Assembly (NCBI RefSeq): GCF_016433145.1
Contig: NC_058130.1
Coordinates: 86,737,628 to 86,801,627, forward strand
Source of the DNA: Gracilinanus agilis
Lineage: Eukaryota
Length of the DNA: 64,000 nucleotides
Direction of reading: 5' to 3'
Part shown: piece after piece, positions 60,365 to 64,000 of the stretch
Numbering within the stretch: the stretch's first letter is position 1
Layout of the letters: every line of letters starts with the position of its first letter
The notes under the pieces: model-generated
Seen by the model: only the letters and a program-made list of their open reading frames with translations
Told to the model about the DNA's origin: nothing
Database searches by the model: none
Position numbers and translations under genes: made by a program

Positions 60365-62036
60365 GGCTAGACGTTGTGCACCTAAAGCCAGGGACCTGGT
60401 TTTTCCTTTCTTTATAGCAGGCCCTTAATAAATGTTTATTGAAAGGAATGGAATCCAATTCAGTACAGCCAGTCAGCAGGTAACCAGGTGGCAGTTCTCT
60501 GACCTCGGTAGCCGTCCTAGCAGGTACTCCCGCTCCCTGTTTCATCTCGTGACCGCAGGGGCTCCTTCCTTCCCCGCCTTTCCTCCTCCTGGCCCTCAGC
60601 ACTCTGTCTCAGCTGGGAGAGAAGGACGCCGAGGTCTGCCTTAGCGAGGAGTGTTTGGCGACCCAGGCATGGAGTCAGGAAGACCTGGGTTGGAGTCTCA
60701 TGTGGGACGCTCACTAGCTGCCTGGGTGACTACGTGACTGGATAAGTCAGTCATTCAGCCTCAGTCTTCCTATCTGCAAAATGGAGATAATAATACATGC
60801 CGTGTTGTTCCTGTCTCAGGGTGGCTGTGAGGCTTTTGTGAGTGAGCGAAGGCCCCTGGCAAACTTAAAATTGCTATAAAAATGTCAGTTATTGTCATTG
60901 TGATAATTAAAAATAACCACTTTCTTCTCCCAGATAGAGGGACTGAGAGTTCCAGAGGAGGGTGGGAATGAGTCTGGTTCTCCCTTTACTTTCTGTCTTA
61001 GTAACAACTCTAAGGCAAGAGCTAGGCAATGGGGGTGAAGTGACTTGCCCAGAGAGGCCACATTTGAACCCAGGACCTCTCCACTCCAGGCTCTATCTGC
61101 TGGGCGACCCTGATGCCCCTACAAAATCATACCTTGTAAGAGAAGGGGTGGGCCTAGCAGGGGGGCAGGCAGGAGACCCGACTGATATTATTTCTATTCC
61201 ATTCAGGAAATACTAATTAAGCATTATGCTCTGGAGGGGCCTTTGTGGCTGGGCCGGGAGAGGTGCAAAGAGAACCGATACGTTCTCTGCCCGCAGGAGT
61301 GGGGAGAGAGAGTGGCCGACCCAGCGTCACACAGCTAGTGTCTGAGACTGGATACAAACTCAGGTTTTCCTGACTGTAGGCTTAGTGGCATTTATATTAG
61401 GTAATGCAAGATATATTATTATGATAATTAGATATTATGTATCAACATGGTATATTAGCATCAATAGATGATCATAATATCAATATTTTATTACATATTC
61501 AAACTGTGTTATGTTAATATTTTATCACAATACTAATTAATATATTAATACAGTAAAACAAGAAGTGGTACAGTGTATAAGAGTGTCCAGTTTGGAGTCA
61601 GGAAGACCTGGGTTCAATTCTGGCCTCATGCACTTACTAGCTGTGTGACCCTAGCCAAGCCACTTCACCCTGTTCACCTCAGTTTTTTCATCTAAAATGA
61701 ACTAGATGCAAATATTAATAATATGGAAATAGGTCTTGATCAATGACACATGTGGAATTGTTTGTTGGCTACGGGAGGGGGGTGGGAGGAGGGGAGGGAA
61801 AGAACATGAATCTTGTAAACATGGAAAAATATTCCAAATTAATTAATTAAATAAAAGTTTTCAAAAATAAAAAATGAGCTAGAGAAGGAAATGGATCTTT
61901 GCCCAGAAAACTTGAAATGGGGTCACAAAAGAGTTAGACACATCTGAAAATGTTTGAACAACAGCAAAACAAATAAAAGGTAGGAAGCGATGGAAGCCAA
62001 GGAGACTTTCAATAAGTTTTAAGAATATTTGAGATT

Positions 62037-62205
62037 GGGGCAGCTAAGAGGCTCAGACCTGGAGTTGGGAGGACCTGGGTTCAAATGTGGCCTCAGACAC
62101 TTCCTAGCTATGTGACCCTGGGCAAGTTACTTAACCCTAATTGCCTACCCTTACTGCTCTTCTGTCTTAGAATTGATACTAAAATCAAAGTAAGGGTTTA
62201 AAAAA
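62037..62205 (+). mobile_element. SINE1_Mdo-like copy
   Basis: GGGGCAGCTAAG...GGGTTCAAATGTGGCCTCAGACAC...AAGTAAGGGTTTAAAA. Confidence 0.8.
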
Positions 62206-62609
62206 AAAATTTGAGAAAGGAGAGGTCCTTTCTAGCTGGGGGTTGGGTAGGGGCATCAAGGAAGGCTGCATGAAGGAGGTGGTATCTGAGCTCATCCTTG
62301 CTTGGATGAGGATTGTTGGAGACATAGTTGAGAGGGGAGAACATCCTAGATGTGGGGCACAGCTGGTGCAAAGTGGGAGGGTGGACTGTTAGATTTGGGA
62401 AACAGCTAGTTTTCCATCTTGGGTGGATCATAGGGTGTATAATGTGAGATAAGGCTAGAGTTGGAATGGAGAGGCCTGTGGGTATCAGACTGAGAAGTTT
62501 GTATTTTTTCTTCATGACCACCAAGAGCTTCCAAAACAGGAATGACCTGTTATTTCCAAGACACTGATCTTTGGTTATTTTGGCGGCAGTATAAGACAGA
62601 GATAGATAT

Positions 62610-63215
62610 ATGGATGGGTGGATGGATAGANNNNNNNNNNNNNNNNNNNNNNNNNNNNNNNNNNNNNNNNNNNNNNNNNNNNNNNNNNNNNNNNNNNNNN
62701 NNNNNNNNNNNNNNNNNNNNNNNNNNNNNNNNNNNNNNNNNNNNNNNNNNNNNNNNNNNNNNNNNNNNNNNNNNNNNNNATAGATGGAAGGATTGATGGA
62801 TAGAAGGATTGATGGATAGAAGAATTGATGGATAGATAGATGGATGGAAGGATTGATGGATAGAAGAATTGATGGATAGATGGATGGAAGGATTGATGGA
62901 TGGATAGAAGAATTGATGGATAGATTGATGGATAGAAGGATAGATAGATGGATGGATAGAAGAATTGATGGATAGATAGATGGATGGATGGATGGATAGA
63001 TGGGCAGAAGGATTGATAGATGGATAGAGAGATAGGCAGATAGATGGATAGATGGATGGATGGATAGAAGAACTGATGGATGTGTAGGGTAAATGGATGG
63101 ATGGAGAGATAGAAGGATTGATGGATAGAGAGATAGACAGGTAGATGGATGGATAAAAGAATTGATGGATGGCTAGATAGATAGATGGAAGGATGGATGT
63201 ATAGATAGATAGATG
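62610..63215. repeat. Compound (GATG/GATA)n minisatellite with 16-nt GATGGATAGAAG(G/A)ATT units
   Basis: Direct reading; interrupted by a gap. Confidence 0.93.
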
Positions 63216-64000
63216 ACAAAGCATTTATTAAGCCCTTACCATGTACCAGAACTGTGCTCACAAAGAGAAAGCAAGCAATGGTGTCCTTATCTTCAAGAAG
63301 CTTACATTCTAATGAGGGAAAGATGGTATATAAAAGGGTACCCAAGGGGAATGGGAAGGTCTAGAGATTATGGGAGAGTGAAAGCCTGGATCCAAGCTAC
63401 ATAAATAGAGAAACACTCACCTACCAGAGCCCATGGAGATTCTGGAGCTGGATGGGGAGTTCCTGATGGGGAGGAGATGGGCATGAAGGCCAGAGTGGTG
63501 GAGAAAGAGCCAGCCTTAAAGCCAGTAAGACCTGGGTTTCAGTCCCTCCTCTGACAGAGACTGGCTGGGGGATCCTGGGCAAGTTGCTTGACTCCTCAGT
63601 GCTCAAGGAGCTGTAGGGGGAAATGCTAACTTGCATTGGCAGGTGACATTTTCTCACTATGCCAGGGGAATCCCAGGACCAGTCCCTGTGCCTATGAAGG
63701 ATGGATTAGAGAAGGGGGAGACTGGGGAAGGGGCACCATCTGGAGGGCTGTTGGGAGATAGTCCAAGTGCAGAGCCGTGATCCTGAGAGAAGGGTGATGG
63801 GATGGATACAGGTTGACTACAAGTGGGGCAGCTAACCAGATGGGGGCAAGGTTGGGGAGGCAGAGGGAAGAGTGAAAGTTTTTGTCAGCCTGGACAGCTG
63901 GGGAGGAAGGTGGTGTCTTGAGAGGAAGAGATTGGATGGGGGCCTCCAAGTTCCTTTCAGCTCTGACACTCTTTCCTAGCTTGGGTCCAGCCTTCCATCT

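Noticed and set aside
59118-63345. 200-286 aa ORFs rich in ER/SL or SIHP/YPSI
   Set aside because: Translations of (GA)n and GATA/GATG repeats and N gaps
56847-64000. TWF2 exon 3 (EQLVLGAS...)
   Set aside because: Not found by reading; it lies beyond the window or inside an N gap
1-64000. CRISPR arrays, rRNA, tRNA genes
   Set aside because: None seen; A/B-box motifs belong to tRNA-derived SINE heads

Overview
Marsupial genomic DNA, very probably the opossum Monodelphis domestica (inferred from SINE1_Mdo-, MAR1- and L1_Mdo-type repeats), syntenic to the human WDR82-PPM1M-TWF2 block. I reconstructed the exons by hand. (1) WDR82 is complete on + (9 coding exons, 942 nt, 313 aa, all GT-AG) with the let-7g hairpin in intron 2. 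(2) PPM1M is complete on - (10 coding exons, 1446 nt, 481 aa, PP2C metal-binding motifs intact), convergent with WDR82. (3) Only the first two coding exons of TWF2 are present on +, plus an in-frame alternative start (MFLVLA) matching the striated-muscle twinfilin-2b isoform described in mouse. The rest is SINEs, L1/L2, LTRs, hAT MITEs, simple repeats and four assembly gaps. The most interesting unexplained signals are: (a) splice-site-bounded, protein-like exons with CAG>TAG / CGA>TGA-type stops running on - from the TWF2 CpG island towards PPM1M (candidate unitary pseudogene or divergent spliced transcript); (b) a 119-bp duplication of the PPM1M promoter whose only two differences are CpG decays; (c) an identical 18-mer in front of two PPM1M splice acceptors; (d) a TWF2 intronic domain where old repeats appear shifted towards GC; (e) an hAT MITE resembling horizontally transferred families near let-7g. 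No database searches were run; family names and human/mouse comparisons are from memory.
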